In this document: positions 33,701 through 48,700 of the stretch, one piece after another
Position numbering within the stretch: the first letter of the stretch is position 1
Layout: every line of letters starts with the position of its first letter
NCBI GenBank assembly: GCA_964187785.1
Contig: OZ076413.1
Coordinates: 43,152,001 to 43,216,000 of the forward strand
Direction of reading: 5' to 3'
Source of the DNA: Amphiscolops sp. MND2022
Lineage: Eukaryota
Length of the DNA: 64,000 bases
Position numbers and translations under genes: made by a program
Notes under the pieces: generated by a model
What the model was told of the DNA's origin: nothing
The model's input: the letters and a program-made list of their open reading frames with translations, nothing else
The model's database searches: none

Positions 33701-36700
33701 ATAATTGGCAAAACCTCATCCCAGCCTAATTGGCAAAAACTAATTGGCTGAACATCTAAAACCTCAAAACCGCTTCGTCCCACGATAAAATAAATGAGGG
33801 CTAATATCACGAGGACGATCTCTTTCGAAACACTCGTTCAACTACAAATTACAGTAAGGTTTAACTGAAAAGAACATTGATCAACGAACTGTAATTGTTC
33901 CTATTTTTGTTGATACATATTTATATTCATATGTACATTAGCTTAGTTTTAATACGGAACCATTGTTGCATTCTTGGATTTAGAGTATAGTTTAGTATAG
34001 AAGATATATCAGTATCTAAATTGTTTTACTTTACCAGCAGAAATAGAACATGGCGCAGTCAGCCATCTAGTCTACACTTTTATACTGACTTTATCGAAAC
34101 AAAGAAGATGACACAAGAAGCAACACAAATCGAAGTGCCAAATTTCGAAGCAACAACCGACGGAAAGAAAATATTCAAACCGAAACAATGGCTCGAACGA
34201 TTCCGGCAATATACAGAACGAAAACACAAAAGGGATATAGCAGAACTAATCCGGGGAGAAGAACTGACAACAAACCATTAAGCCACAAAAGAAAACCAAA
34301 TACAAGAATATTTCATTTGGGACTTTGGTCCAGAAGTTCTATATCAAATGACAAGAGCCGAATACAAGACCGAACCGGACAAAATGCCAAAAAACGATTT
34401 ATTTCGGTTTTCCAGTGAGTACTTTTTACCCAAGAGAAAAACATATCACAACCGCGGAGAATTCTTTTGGACCAAACAAACCAAATCCGAGACACAGGAA
34501 GACTTTTGGTGGAGATTGATAGAAAATGAAAAAGAATGTAATTTTGAAAATAAAACTGCCGGAGAACTACTCATTTCAAAATTCATGACCGCAAATACGA
34601 ACAAGGAACTCCGAGACAATTTAATGAAAGAAAAGAAACTGAAATGATTGAAAAAAAGACTTACGAAAAGAAAAACAACAGCATACCAAACCGGAACCAA
34701 TAACAATAAGCCGAGAAAAAAAATCAAAGATGTACTAATACAGAGAATGGATAAATTCAATTCACGACCGATAAATGAATTTAACAACAGACCTTGCAGA
34801 TTCAGCAATGCGTCTCATTGGAAACCAACACATAAATCTCCGGTATTTGACCAAACGTGCAATAACTGCGGAACGAAGGGCCACTTTGCACAAACATGCA
34901 CACAGAAAGAAAAATATAAACGCAAACTTCGGAATGTGATCGATACCGAGAATCTAACGATTGGCGTAGAAAGCGACGAATCAGAATTGAGAGTATATAG
35001 AAGTGAAAGCGATAAACTGAATTGTGGACAGAAACAATTTTTTAACATCGACAGTGAAAATAAACGGAAGGGACAAAGATTTCACAATAGACACCGGATC
35101 GTCTGATAGACAATAAACAAGCCGGGACCGACACAATTCGGCGCCATATCTAAGGCTCAAAAATAGCAAAAGGACTTCAATATGTCAAAGTATTGGTGAA
35201 TTGGGGACCCTATTATGAAAAAATTTTTTTTTGGAAAAAGTCTCACAATGCCGAAAAACACTGAAAGGGGGACACTTTGGGATTTTCCAACATCCATTCT
35301 GTCGCAAAACAGCAAAAATATTGAAGGGGGCCTTTTGGTGAAAATTTTTTTTTCCGGAAATAAAGTCTCACAATGCCAAAAAAACTGAAATGGGGGACCC
35401 TTTGGTCTCACCCTGTATGGTATGTTACGCGGGAAAACAGGAAAAAACCTTTTTGGTTCAGTTCGCTAGTCCAAAGGTGCAATTTGGTGCATAAATATTC
35501 TGTAGAACTTTCGTAGAACTATTTTGGTCAGTTCAGGTGGTCCTAAAAACACTGACGAAAAGCCATGACTATAGTCGACTCTTTCCTAAAGAAAAGCGTG
35601 GACTAAAAAATAAAAGAAACCGAAATCAAAAAAAGTGAAACAACGATACCAAAACGAAGTAAAATTTCGGGGGGGGGGAGGAATGCCGGTAGAGATTGAA
35701 TACGAAAACAACAAACAAAATATTCAAGTATTAAATACCGAACGAAATGACATAACACCGCTACTCGGAATGGACTGGCTAAAGAAATATAAACAAACAA
35801 TTGGAAACATTCAGTTGGACGAGGACAGCCAATACGAAAAGAGAAATATCTTAGAGAAATTTCCGGGTCTGTTCGAAAACAACACAACCATAAGAGATGC
35901 AAGAATAACATACAACTGAAACCGTGACACTCTCCTGTAAAACAAAAAGCAAGGGCAATACCTCTTCACCTACAAGAAGCGGTCGGAAAAAATTGAAAAA
36001 ATAATTAGTCCGGGCATTTGGAAAGTGTGAAACATGTAGACGAAGATTGTTTCGTGTCACCGGTGGTAATAAAGGTGAAGAGCAATAAATCAGTAAAAAA
36101 TAGCTCTAGATTCACGAAAACTAAATGACAGCTGTATTAAAGTCCGCCCACACATGCCGAACACGGAAAAATTGTTGAATCAAATTTCTGTGGAAATAAC
36201 AAAAGACCGAACGAAAGAACTAACGATACCAAAAATAGACCAAAAATGGTCAAATGAAGTTATCGGAAGAAACAAGCGGACAATGTGTATTTGTCATGAC
36301 CGGGGGAACTTCAGAGGCTACTACCGATTCATTTTGGATACGAAATACAAACAAATACAAGTAAAATCTTTGTCCAGTTTGGCCAGTGAACATAGGTTTT
36401 GTATTCTGGTGCCATAATTGTGCTCACTTTAAAAAATCTCGCGGCCCTTTGCGCCAGACTACGGAATCTGTGTTACCACTGGTGTGTCAACCCGGAGAGT
36501 TTGATTTGAACATTAAACACTACTTTACGATACTTTTTGTGGTTAGTTGTTTCGGATCATTTTTTTAGAAAGTCTTTGAGATTTTCATGAGATGGGAAAG
36601 ACAAATCCATCTGATTTATTTGCTTCCAAATTATAACGACCATTTGAAACTCCACATGTTTTTATTGAACATTAGAGGAAATGAAGTGGGTTGACTCATT

Positions 36701-39700
36701 TTGAAATTGATCAAAACACCACTTCAATGTTATCACGTTGATTGATTGATACTTGGTTCGTGGACTAGCTGAACACGTTCTTCGGTTTTACCCAGCGTTT
36801 GACATCTTGAATATCTTACCAAGATCTTGCCAAGCACTTTCCAAAATCTTGCCAAGATATTGCAAGTTCTGGCAATATCTTCGACGAAATTGAAGATAGA
36901 ATCCAAGATCTCGTCAAGATCTCCATGATGAAATCCTAGATCTTGTCAAGATATCAGAGATGAAATCCAACATTTTACCAAGAAATTCAAGATGTCAAGA
37001 TAAAATCCAAGATCTTTCCAAGATTTTCAAAAATTCAAGATTTTCCTAAGATCTTGGCAAGATATTCAAAATGTCAAACGCTGGGTATATACTTGTTGCA
37101 ATATTCATGATCCCCTACAGTGTATTGAACAGCTAGAAATACAAGGTAGATAGAATGGTATAACCAATTCTTACGATTATCTTAGAAATCATGACTCATT
37201 CTTTTGTTTTTTTTTCAAGAGAAACTAATCCGTATACAGACAAGGGATCAGGGTCAGAATCAGCTGGAAAGGCCGCCGCTTCGAATAGTAAGAAATCTGG
37301 CGACAGTGGAGCAAGTCTCAATAACAAGACACGAACTGGACAAGACCCTTACTCTGGCATAGCTTCCGCCCAGAAAGAAAGTAAAGCACAAGAAAGTAAA
37401 AAAGGAAAATACGAAGACAAGTTAGTTTGAGAAAAAAAATCAAAAACCGGGTAGACATAACATTTAGCCCATACAACGTTTCAATATATGGAAACTAGAT
37501 GCCATACAAAAAACATTTTATGATCAAGCTTTGAAATATTTTCATAATGGTCATTGCATAAACTAAATATTCATACAAGGTCATTGTATGACGCCTGTTT
37601 TCCATAAAAGATTATTGTAAAACTGAGTTTATTTCTAAATAAACTTTCAAATTATAAAGGCCGTCGGCTGTTTAAGCTGAAGGTGGAACCGCATATCACT
37701 GCTTTTGACCTCCGCTATCGAAAACGAATACATGGAAGATTTTACAAAACTGTTCGACTTTTTATATTAGCTATAACTCTTTGTAAGAGCCACACCCCTT
37801 TTTAAGGAGATTTGTGCTTCAAACGAGATCAGTCAAAAAATCAGTGTCAGATACCAGATCAGTGTCAGATACCAGATTACCAAAAAAAGATAATTGAGAT
37901 GATAAAAATTCTCACGTTTTTGATAGAAAATGGTTCATGGTTAAGGAGCAGCCTACCAATTCATCGACCTGAGTGTTTGTTGACTACGCTATGCTAGTTT
38001 GCAGTGGGTGGAAAACATTTAGTCCATACAAGGACCATATTATGGCCTTGTTTTATTCGAATATTTTTTAAGTTTTGTGTAGTGCAATCAAACCAAGGAA
38101 TAAAACCAATAAATTTTCAATTAGGTGTCTATTGCTGGTCAATTGAAGGCGGAAAATAACCCGCAGCATAGCGGGCGTCTTGTTGCTCTTGCATGGTCAT
38201 TGTATGACGTTCATACATCACCATATATGACGTTTTATGATCTAGATGTTTTTGCATGGAGGTCAATCCAGGACCTTTCGCTGCTTCTCGAGCCAAAATC
38301 GAAGGTTAGAACGTTGCAAAGCTGAAAGAGCGTGGAAGTGAAATCGAATCGACTCATTGACAAGGGCCTCTTGAGTGATCAATCGGAGTTTTCCTAGCGC
38401 TTGAAAACGTGATTAGTCATGGCATTAGGTACAATCACCTAAACGGTTTTTGATTGTGTCAATGAAATCAAATGCTTCCACTTTGCCTGCTTCGTTAATG
38501 GGACTAAACAACATATCAGTACCTTGTTCGTCAGGAAATCAGAGCGCTATACCTATAACTTTCAATTTTCGTTGTAACTTGTGACCGCTATAGAAACACG
38601 AGCTGAACAGATTTAGTTCTAACAAGACGAGAACGTCTAAAGTCGGCGATATATCTAAGGCTCAAAAAGCGCAAAACATTTTTTTTTGGAAAAAAACTTG
38701 AAATTTTCGAAAATATTTCTCTTTCGGAAAATGTCGCTTAGTGCCGAAAAATGTAAAAGGGGGACCCTTTTTGATTTATAAACATGCATTCTGTTGCAAA
38801 ATAACAAAAAACTCAAAAGGGGGACCCTTTGGGACCCTTTAGTCTAGGCCGGTTTAGTAGGTTACGTTAAAAAAGTAAAAAATGAAAGGAGGGACCCTTT
38901 GGAGACAGAAAAAATTTCGAAAAAAGTTGCACAGTGCCAAAAAAAATCGAAAGGGGGGACTCTTTAGTCCCGTCCGGTCTTGTAGGTTACCTTGAAAAAG
39001 TAAAAAACGAAAGGGGGGCCCTTTGCACTAAGTTTGCTTTGGCCGGACTTGGCGCCTTAGGTGGTTTCAGGATTGTTTCTAAAAAGTGGACCAATCAGTG
39101 TGAGGATTGTAGGCTGAAGAAAAAAAGGTCACTGTTATAGTCGGGCATTTTTCCTTAAAAGGATAAAGCGCCGACTAAAAATGGTAGACACATAAATTTG
39201 TTTGCACGGCGGCATATCTGGGAACTCGACTTAGGCGGAGGGTTTCGCTACTCTTGTCGATTTATATCGAATGCAATTAATCAGCATTCGTCTCAATTTT
39301 TCCCCAGGAGTTTAACCCTAATGAACCTGTGGTACTTTAAAGCAGCCTACCTTTTTTCACTTTCGGATTCCACAAGCAATAGAAAAGTGAATATGTCTCC
39401 AAAGCTGAGAAAAATGTTTTTTTTTACACAAAAATTGTTATAATTTTCCAAAATTCAGTTTTTGGCAAAATCCAGTTCTCTCAAAAGTCTTTGATCATTT
39501 GAAAAAACCAACCCCATACCCTTCCACAAAAAGTCTTTGTGCAACAAACCCCAATAATAGTCTGTTGTTACTACAAGACCCCGGATTAGCCGCGAAGTGG
39601 CGATAGCGGAAAGAGAAACTAAAATTCTGAGAGAGGAGGCGCGGGGCGACAGGGGCTCACCTGACCAAAATGAAAGCCTAATACCAGACCTGTCAAACGC

Positions 39701-42700
39701 GCTTGAGTTTGTTTCTTTGGTACCCGTAGTTGTGGAGATATTAATGATTGAATTTTTTTCAGCTTTTTTGAAAATTTGCGAAACCCCCAGGTCAATTAGG
39801 GTTTAAACTGTGTGCAGACAAAAGCGCCTCAGACAAAAGCGCTTCGCTAATTTTTGAGCTGATTTCATTGCCTCTAATAAAATCTCATTGACGATGTTAA
39901 AACAAAATAATAATTCACTTGTAATGCCCACTTAACATTTTCACACCTAACAAATTCTAATTGAAAACGACTTGAATTGGTAATTTTGACATTTCTGTCA
40001 GTGAAATAATAATTTCTTGAAGAAGCAATTAGTCAATACAATGTTTTGAATAGAAAAACATATAATTATATAATTGGAGTGCGGAACTTAAAATGGGTGG
40101 TTGGAAAAGAGTCAGCAAATGCCGTGTAGCCTCTAATTGGGGCGCTTATGACTGGGGCGCTTTTGACTGTATATTTTGGGCGCTTTTGGCCGGGGAGCAT
40201 TTGTCTGTGGCGTTTTTGTCTGGTAACCGTTTAAACAAGTTGTCGAATTCCAAAAGTTCCTCGGTATGCACAGTTCACCAGACGAAAGTTTTTAGTGAGT
40301 GGATTTTTTCTCTCGAATGAATTAAGTGGTTCGGAATCTCATTAAGAGAGAAAATTACATTATAAAATTTAAATACGCTCCTTCATTTGCTGTATCGTGA
40401 AACCGTTCAATTGAATAAACGTTCTTTCTGTCTTATTTTGTGAATTTACATGCTTAGACCGAGAGAACCAGGGGGTCACTACGACACAAACGCTTCCAAG
40501 AGACACAAGAACTTGTTCGGAGAAGAAGATGATATTGGCTACAACAAAGCTGATAAAGGAAGCGAGTTAGAAACTCTCTCAACACTCGTCTAAAACTTTT
40601 TTTTTCATTCGATTGATTCAGAGCACCTCTGTTAAATAATTTTCCTAGTTTCCTGTCAGAAGATGGAAGGTATACACTAGTATACACTAGGGACAAAACA
40701 GACTAACGAAAATTTTCAAAGCGCAATATCTTTTGATATATTCATTTTAAAAAAGTCTCTGTAGCAAAAGCTAAAGGGTTCTTTCGAAATCGAATCAAAG
40801 TTTTGAAAGTAATATTAAATTCAACTTTCATATTGAACATTTTTCCTGACTGATTTTCACTGAGGCACTTTTTGTTACCAACAGCGTTTTTCGAGATTTT
40901 GCAGAATAAATTTCGGAAAATGTCGAAAGTGAAAAATAAGCGTTGAAACTTTTCTAATTTTATTCAAAACAAAAAGCTCCTGTAATTGTGAGAAAAATTT
41001 GAGAACATTTTGTCCCTAGGGTTTTTGTGTCAAATGAATATGTAAAAATTTATCGCGATGTGAAATTTTTGTTAGCGAAGGCGAATGTCTAGCTTTTCGG
41101 TACCATAATTTATATGTTTTCTAGGGTATGTTTTCATATATAGATTCTAGTTTTATGTCGAGTTCGCATATGCTTAAACAAATAAACTGTGTTGTAGAAT
41201 TTAGGTCGATATTGAAGATTTTTCAAATGATTCGTTTCAGACACTTAAGATCAAAAATGCTCCGTGCCTACACATTGCTCACATTGCTCTCAATGCTCAC
41301 ATTGCTCTTTGCACAAATGATTTGTTTGATTCAATTACCAATGTCATTATTGTCTGTAACTTGTGAGCTCGCAGTTTCAAAAGAACTGGCATTTTGAAAT
41401 CTTCTTTTCTTTTTTTTTTCAACTCAGATTGGCTAGCATATGTTGGATGTTTTTTCTCAGTTCTGGAAGCCGAGAACCGAGGACATTGAATAGAAATGCT
41501 GACTCGAGTTCCAAGAAGTCGAGAGGTTCAGGTACTTCCAAAAGTTACAAGATGTCCACAGGACAGAAAGAGGATATGACACTGCAGGGTACAAATACTC
41601 CTCCTTATGACAAAAAGTGAGTGAGAGAAGTTTCAAGTGTCAAATTTTTAAAATGAGGGCGACCTATTAGGTCTTTTTTCATGCTCTTGAGTAAGAGAAT
41701 CATAAATTTTTAATGATGGTTATCTTTTCATCTTCAATTCAGTAAGTTTTAGTTTCTAAAATATGGTACAAAAGTATGCATAGACCTTGTATAGAAAACT
41801 ATAGTACGAGCAGTACCCGTCAGAAAAGCCCACCCATGGAATATGAATGATAGAAAACAGGACACGATTAAAAGCAAAAATTTGGCGAAAGCTTACAAAG
41901 TAAATGACTTTGGAATTATTTATCGTCAAGAAAATTGAAGCCTAAAATTGTCTGAAAATTTCTTGAAGCAGCAATACGTAGTATGAATAGCATTACGAGG
42001 TGCTTGATTGATGAGATCTTGCTACGATCTTACTACGATAGGTGTGAAGTCCCGTGAGAGTCAATTTGGGTAGTGTGCCTGTCGGTACCAGAGAAATTGA
42101 TATTGTTCTAGACTAAAACCGGAAATGAATTTGAAACTTACGATGTGAACTGAAGAATTCTGTTCTGTTTTCAGATCTTCTGGTGGGTTTTCTTTAGATT
42201 GTTACATTCTCTATATCTCAGCTCTCTTCTTAAAATAAAAAACACAAGTTTAGTCACCAAAACTCATGAACCTTTGTCAGTTTTTTCATCCTCTTTTCTG
42301 TCAGGTTCGAAGAAGAGTGACAGCAATAAACAAAAGCCGAATGCCTCCTCCCAGTATACGCGCTCCATGTTCGGCGATAAGGAACAATACAAGCCACACG
42401 AGGATGATCAGAGTCGTACGGTATCTATGGAAACACCTCCTAGCGAAAAGTCTAAGAAAAGTTAGTTGTCAACCGTTTCTGATATACTTGTACCACATAG
42501 TACTAACTTTTTTTGTACAAATTTCGAATTGTAAACGAAATTGTAAATTATTCTGAGTATGCTACTTTTTATCTTTTTCCGCAATAAATCTTTCAGCCAC
42601 CGTTTGTGCCCAAAACGTAGCCATAGTCTAAAGATATACTCAAAAGAGAGATTTATTCCACTGAACTTGACGACAAAAACTCAAGTTTACTAAGGCTACG

Positions 42701-45700
42701 TTTGAGAAGTTTCTTATCTCAACGTTTCACCAAAAAGTGTCAAAATTTGAATGTGCCAAGATCAGGAAAAACTTTTGATTTGAAATGAATTTTCGTCATT
42801 TTGTTGCAAGTTTTGTGCCCTTTTAGGTTGTTTTGTCGGCATGACCATCCCCACAACGACAATTTATTTAGTTCCTTAACATTTTTAAAAGAAAGAATAG
42901 TGTAAGATGAGCCGAAACGTGTCAACACGTTCAAGATATGAACTTTCGGTGCGAGTTTTGAAACTCTTCTATGGCTTAAGTCTATTGGAAACGCCCGAGT
43001 TTCGATTCCGGTTTTCAACCAATAGCCTTTGCGCTTTTTGAGATGGAAGCGGTGCACCGACTGGTGACGTTCCTGTCTTGATTGAAACAAAATTGCGCAT
43101 AAATTGTCTTTTTTTAAAAAATTTACCGGTTATATATTACTCTAGTGAATGAAAAAAACCCGTACTGTTCTCTAAATAATCATAGCGTTGTTAAAAAAAT
43201 TTGATGATTTTCCACGGAATTGATTTTCTTGCACACTTCCAAACATTCCTGGAACAAATACTCAACCGGTAAATACAACTTGAGGTCAAATGTTCATCGA
43301 GATTATGTACGATCCTGCAAGATCTTGCCAAGAGCTCCGAGAGAAAAGCTTAAAAACGTGCTTGAAATGAAACAAACCGTGAGCCAGCTGCGGATTGATC
43401 AGCGTACTTTCTATGACACAGCCGTTTCTGCAACCAACCAAGCTTAACGTCTTGGATTTCAGCCGACCCTATAGCTAACACTTTGAAAATTGTTGGTGCA
43501 GCTGGTAGTGGGAACAATAGCAAAGTAATTGGAAACGAAGTTGTTGCTTGTTTTGCGAGATTTTTGGCATTTTTGATCACTACCCTGGTTGAAACTGCTT
43601 GACATTTTTTACGAATTTTTGTAGGTTTCCAAGCTAATTTTTTATGATTATATGAAATTCTCAGGAAAATATCCAAGCATTAAATCTTCACTGATTTGAT
43701 TTAATTTTATCAAGCTGCCTATATGATGCATCCTAGAATTGGCGGCAATTCGACGCCGCAAAGTTTTGTAGGTTTTATTGAGACGCGTTCTATTTTTGAA
43801 AGCAGCTGAGACCATCATCAATTTTACCGCGCTTTCAATGCAAATAACTTCAGTCACATTATAAGTTTCAAAGTACCCAGGTTTTCGATCTTTGCAAATC
43901 TGTGCAGATCTGCAGGATTTTTTCTGCAGGGTTCTGCAAAGATCGTTGCACTGAATCTTGAAGATCTATACAGATCTGCAAGATATTTACAGTAGTGTGC
44001 AGATTTTCTTAAAGATTTTTGCAGAAATATGTTCTTCTGCAGCTTCTAAGGAACCAATATACTGTATTTTTGGACTTCTTCAACTACTCTATCGAGTATT
44101 TTAGCTGACCTAGCTAGGGTCAGTCAGTTGAAATTCTCCATCAATAAAAGTTCGTAAAGAAAAAAATTTGTCCCCATTACGGTAATATAGGTGAATGGAG
44201 AAAGTGCAGTTTTGGTAAATGACGGTAATGTGTCCACTTCACTCGAACATTCCAGAAGTGGTTGTTAAACTTTGAGAGGCTCGTTTGCCATATTGACTCC
44301 GTTTTGGAAGATAAAATATGACATGTGGCAACCTTCTGGGTTGGTCGATGTGTTGATAAAGTGTTGTTTTTGTAATATTTCCGCAACACAGGTTGTTGGA
44401 GTATTTATAGTATTGCTGTTAACTTGGAATACGTCATAGTAATTTACTGGTCATTGTTTGGCTCTGTAAAGGTCTGTAATCTCGACAGATCTGTACAGAT
44501 TGCTACAGGAAAATGTTTCATCATTTGGACATAAATGAGACTTCTCTCCAGTTTTAAACATTTTTATTATTCGTTTGACATCCCTGTGGGGTTTTTATTG
44601 CGTTTCTGAGTGTGTCCGTGTTTTTTTGAATCTGCACATATCTGCAAAGATCTGCAAAAATCCTGCAGATCTGCACAGATTCGCAGAGATCGAAAACCTG
44701 GGTAGCGTCATATTCAGCGTGCTATTTGACTAACGGCCTAACGGTGATCACATAAGGTACGTACCTGAGAAACTTACACGTGAAAACAAAGTGATCGCGG
44801 CGGTGAAGAAGTGAATATGTTTTCAGTTTTAATTCAAATAGTGGAGGCTGCATTGTAATCCTACAAAATGTTTCCATGCAGGCTCCCGGAATTTTCCATG
44901 TTTTGTAAAAAAAATAGCCTGCATGTTTTGTTGAGAATTAGCCTGCATCTAGACTAGAGTAGATTCCTAGTAAGAAATTGAAAACGTTTGTGTGAAGAAA
45001 GAATAACCACAGTTTTATCATACTTTTTAAGAATTGTGGATTGTTGTTTTTTATATATTCGCGTCCAACTGCGTTTGATTTTCGGATATGCGCTAATAAA
45101 ATTGATCAAATACGTCCTTTATTATGATGATCGGATAGAGCAACGATCAACTCATCAATTTGAAAGTGACCATACTTTCCTTTACAAACGTTTTTTTGAA
45201 GTTTCCTATCAAATATACTTTATTGGAGTATCATTTCTTTCACTAATTTTTTTTCAGGCTCTGGTAAAGATTCAGTGAACTACAGAAACTACAAGGACAA
45301 AATAGAGGAAGAGGAGCCAAAACCATCCGAAGAAGGTGACCAGGAGAAGGGCTCGGTGGCTTCAGGAAAAAGTTCTGCAGGCAAAGATTACGGCAGCGAC
45401 AGAAACAAGGAAATTTTTGACCCCTTTTGAAAACTTTTTAGTCAGTAAAATGGACATGTGCATAAAGTTACAAGATACTTGAAAGTATTCAGTTCCCGGG
45501 TTGACTGAATATACAATTCAATTGCTTTTCAAATTAACGGCGGTAGCTACCTGAAGAAAAAAACATACGTTACGGTGAAATGACTTCAAATATTTCGGAA
45601 GAAAGAAAGAAGCCAAGGCTGAGTCGTACAACCAATGTTTTGGTTTCAAGATTTTACCTTTGGAGATTACTTTTTGCTATTATAAACTTCAAGTTGGAAT

Positions 45701-48700
45701 TGCTTGAAAATTCCAGCTTTTAATTTTTTTGCAAAAATGAAAAGTTGAAGAGCAAATGTCATAATCACCGGGTTCGACATTTACATTCAACATAACCGAT
45801 AATCGTTGTAGCCAAAGAGTAGTTTTAGGGGCAACCGTCAAATCGATTTTTAAAACAACTCAACAGACGAATGACACTCAGCGCTGCAATTTTCAGGAGG
45901 TGACCGCGATATTGATGACAATGAAAATAGCTTCTTCAATAGTGTCGAGTGTTTTTCTAACCGCAAATGTGTGCCTATTGTGATAGGCTAGGAAAAATTC
46001 AAGTTCCATATTGAAAAAATCTGATAATTACACAAAAAATGGCCCAAAAAGAGCAATCACTATACCTGTGAAATTTCCGTAAACTTATGTAATGAAAGTC
46101 ACCTCACACTTAACATCTGAATACCTTCTGTTTCTACATAAACGAAGACGGAATATTTCATGACTTCCAATCTTTTCATGAAGGACTTTTTATGGATTGA
46201 GTGCTTTGAATATGCAATTTATTCTTTTTGCGGAGGACATTTTATGGATTGAGTGTTTTGCATATGAAATTCGATTCGGAAACTTTGGGATCCAACGCTT
46301 GTTCGCCTTTTTTTAGTCTGCGCTTTTCTTGAAAAGAGCCGACTATAGTCATGGCTTTTCGTCAGTGTTTTTTTTCGATACACCTGAAGTGACCAAAATA
46401 GTTCTACAAGTTCTACAAAATTTCATGGTGTCAAATTGAACCATTTGGCCTAGCGAACAGAATCAAAAAGGTTTTTCTTTTTTTTTCCGCGTAACATACA
46501 ATATCGGGCGAGACTAAAGGGGCCCACCTTTGAGTTTTTTCGGCATTGTGGGACATTTTTTCCCGGAAAAATTGATCTCCATAAGGTACAAAGATACAAA
46601 TAATCTAAGATCTCCCCTTCAATTTTTTTGGAGTATTGCGACAGAATGATTGTTGAAAAATCCCAAAGGGTCCCCCTTTCAGTGTTTTTGGCATTGTGAG
46701 TCTTTTTTTCAAATTTTTTTCCATAACAGGGTCCCCAATTCACCATTCACCAATACTTTGACATTTTGAAGTCTTTTTGCTATTTTTGAGCCTTAGATAT
46801 GGCACCGGTCCCTGGTTGTTTTAAAAATGGACTCATCGAAAAATTTTTGGTGATCAGTTTTCCGTATGATCCAAATGCTCCAACTAAGGATACAACTTTT
46901 TGATGAATTCCATGATTGCAACTTTGTTCCATTTTAAAAGAAAAAGGAGAACTGAAATTTCAGATACACAAAGTTATCAGATGATTTTTGATTTTGGAGA
47001 AGGAGTTATACAACTCTCTGTTGAGTATATAACCAAGACTACAGACAAAAAGATGACTAAATTTTATTTCAATCGAACTTATTAATAAATCAGGGGGAGA
47101 AAAATTTCTCAAACGGAATCAGGAAAAAGGGGACGACGAAAAATACTCGTACAAAATGAACTCAAACGATCCTTATCAGAAAGATGTTGATCAAGAAGAT
47201 GAAGATAAGAAGTCTTATAAAGTTGGTAGCAAACAGAAAGGAGGAAGGTGAGGATTTCTTCTTTTAAAAAATCTCTTGTTGTCACTGATTATTTCAAATT
47301 CGTCAAACCTTTGAGCTCAAATGCTTCACGCACACTGTTATGTTTTTGGAAAGGGAGTCGACGCGACGACGTGTACAGCTTGTTTTCCAACTGAAACTTC
47401 GAGAACGATCTTAGACCCGTGACGCTAGTTTGAACGAAGCTGTCACATCAATTTTTTAAAAACCAGTTTGATTTGATGGAAAGTAGATATTCAGTTTCCA
47501 TGATTGTCTGCTTGCAAAAACGTGTATTTATAAAACATTCGCTCAGATACAAAAACGAGAAATAATGTCCAACAAGATGAATCCAAGACGTGTCCTTGTT
47601 GAGAAAGGTTATCATACTCATTTAGTCTTTATGAATTGCATGATTAGATTGTTTTGTTTTGTTTTCACATTACGTTGATTTGAAAGAATCTTCGTCGAAG
47701 TTAACTGAACTATTTATACTTTAGTGACAGTCTGTTTCCTGACGAGAACAGTGAGAGTTCTGGTCACGCCACCAACCTAGAGTACATGGGTCGTAGTAAG
47801 AGGGGAAGCGGTGCTGCTTCAGGATACCCCCCTGGCGACCAATACGGCTACCACTTCGAGAAGAGTGAAGGTAAGGGGTAGATACAGATAAAGAATTCAA
47901 AGTTTTATTTACCAAATTGAGTATTTAAAATATTCAAACTAAGCATTTACGTTTCCATTACAATCGATTCAGTGATTCTCTATTTTCAAAGATTTTATTT
48001 TATTTATCCTCTGTTTTTCTTAATTGGTTGATGTATTCCATAGATAATTAAAATTTCATAGATAAACTTTCACAATTGTTTCTGAAAATCCTCGAAGATA
48101 ATTTTTCCTTCCCGTTCGAATAGTCAAATCTGAAAAGGTCTGGAAATCAACTACCAAAGAAGACCCCAATTAGTGTAGTTTTGCGAATCCGTTTGATTGG
48201 ATGAGTACCAAAGCACCGATCCACTCATTCTCAAGCTCGTTCAAAAGGAGGCGTCTGCAACCAAATGGGAGACTTTGACTAACCAGAAAGAGTTATTCTT
48301 GAGATCAAACATTTCATAACTCTGTCTGATCATTGGCAACAGTGGTATTATGCAAGCTCGTGGGCTCTTATACCAAGCTGACTCCGAGTATAACACAAAA
48401 CAGCCAATCCTTCTGCCGTCAAAGCAACCCGCTGTACAATTGATATTGTTGAAATGTCATTTGGAAAATTCTCATAATGGAAGTATGCGTCATCTATTGC
48501 AACAGAAATTCTGGATTTTGGGTGTCAGAAATGCATTGCCCAAAAGCCGCTGTGTTCCTTGCAAAAAGTAGGGTGCGGTTGTCCAAGCACCACTCATGGT
48601 TGAGATACCCAGAGAAAGAGTAGTAAAGGTGGTTTTCCATTTACTTTTGTAAGAGTGAATCATTTTGGGGCCAAAAAGGTGAACTACATGGTAAATACTT

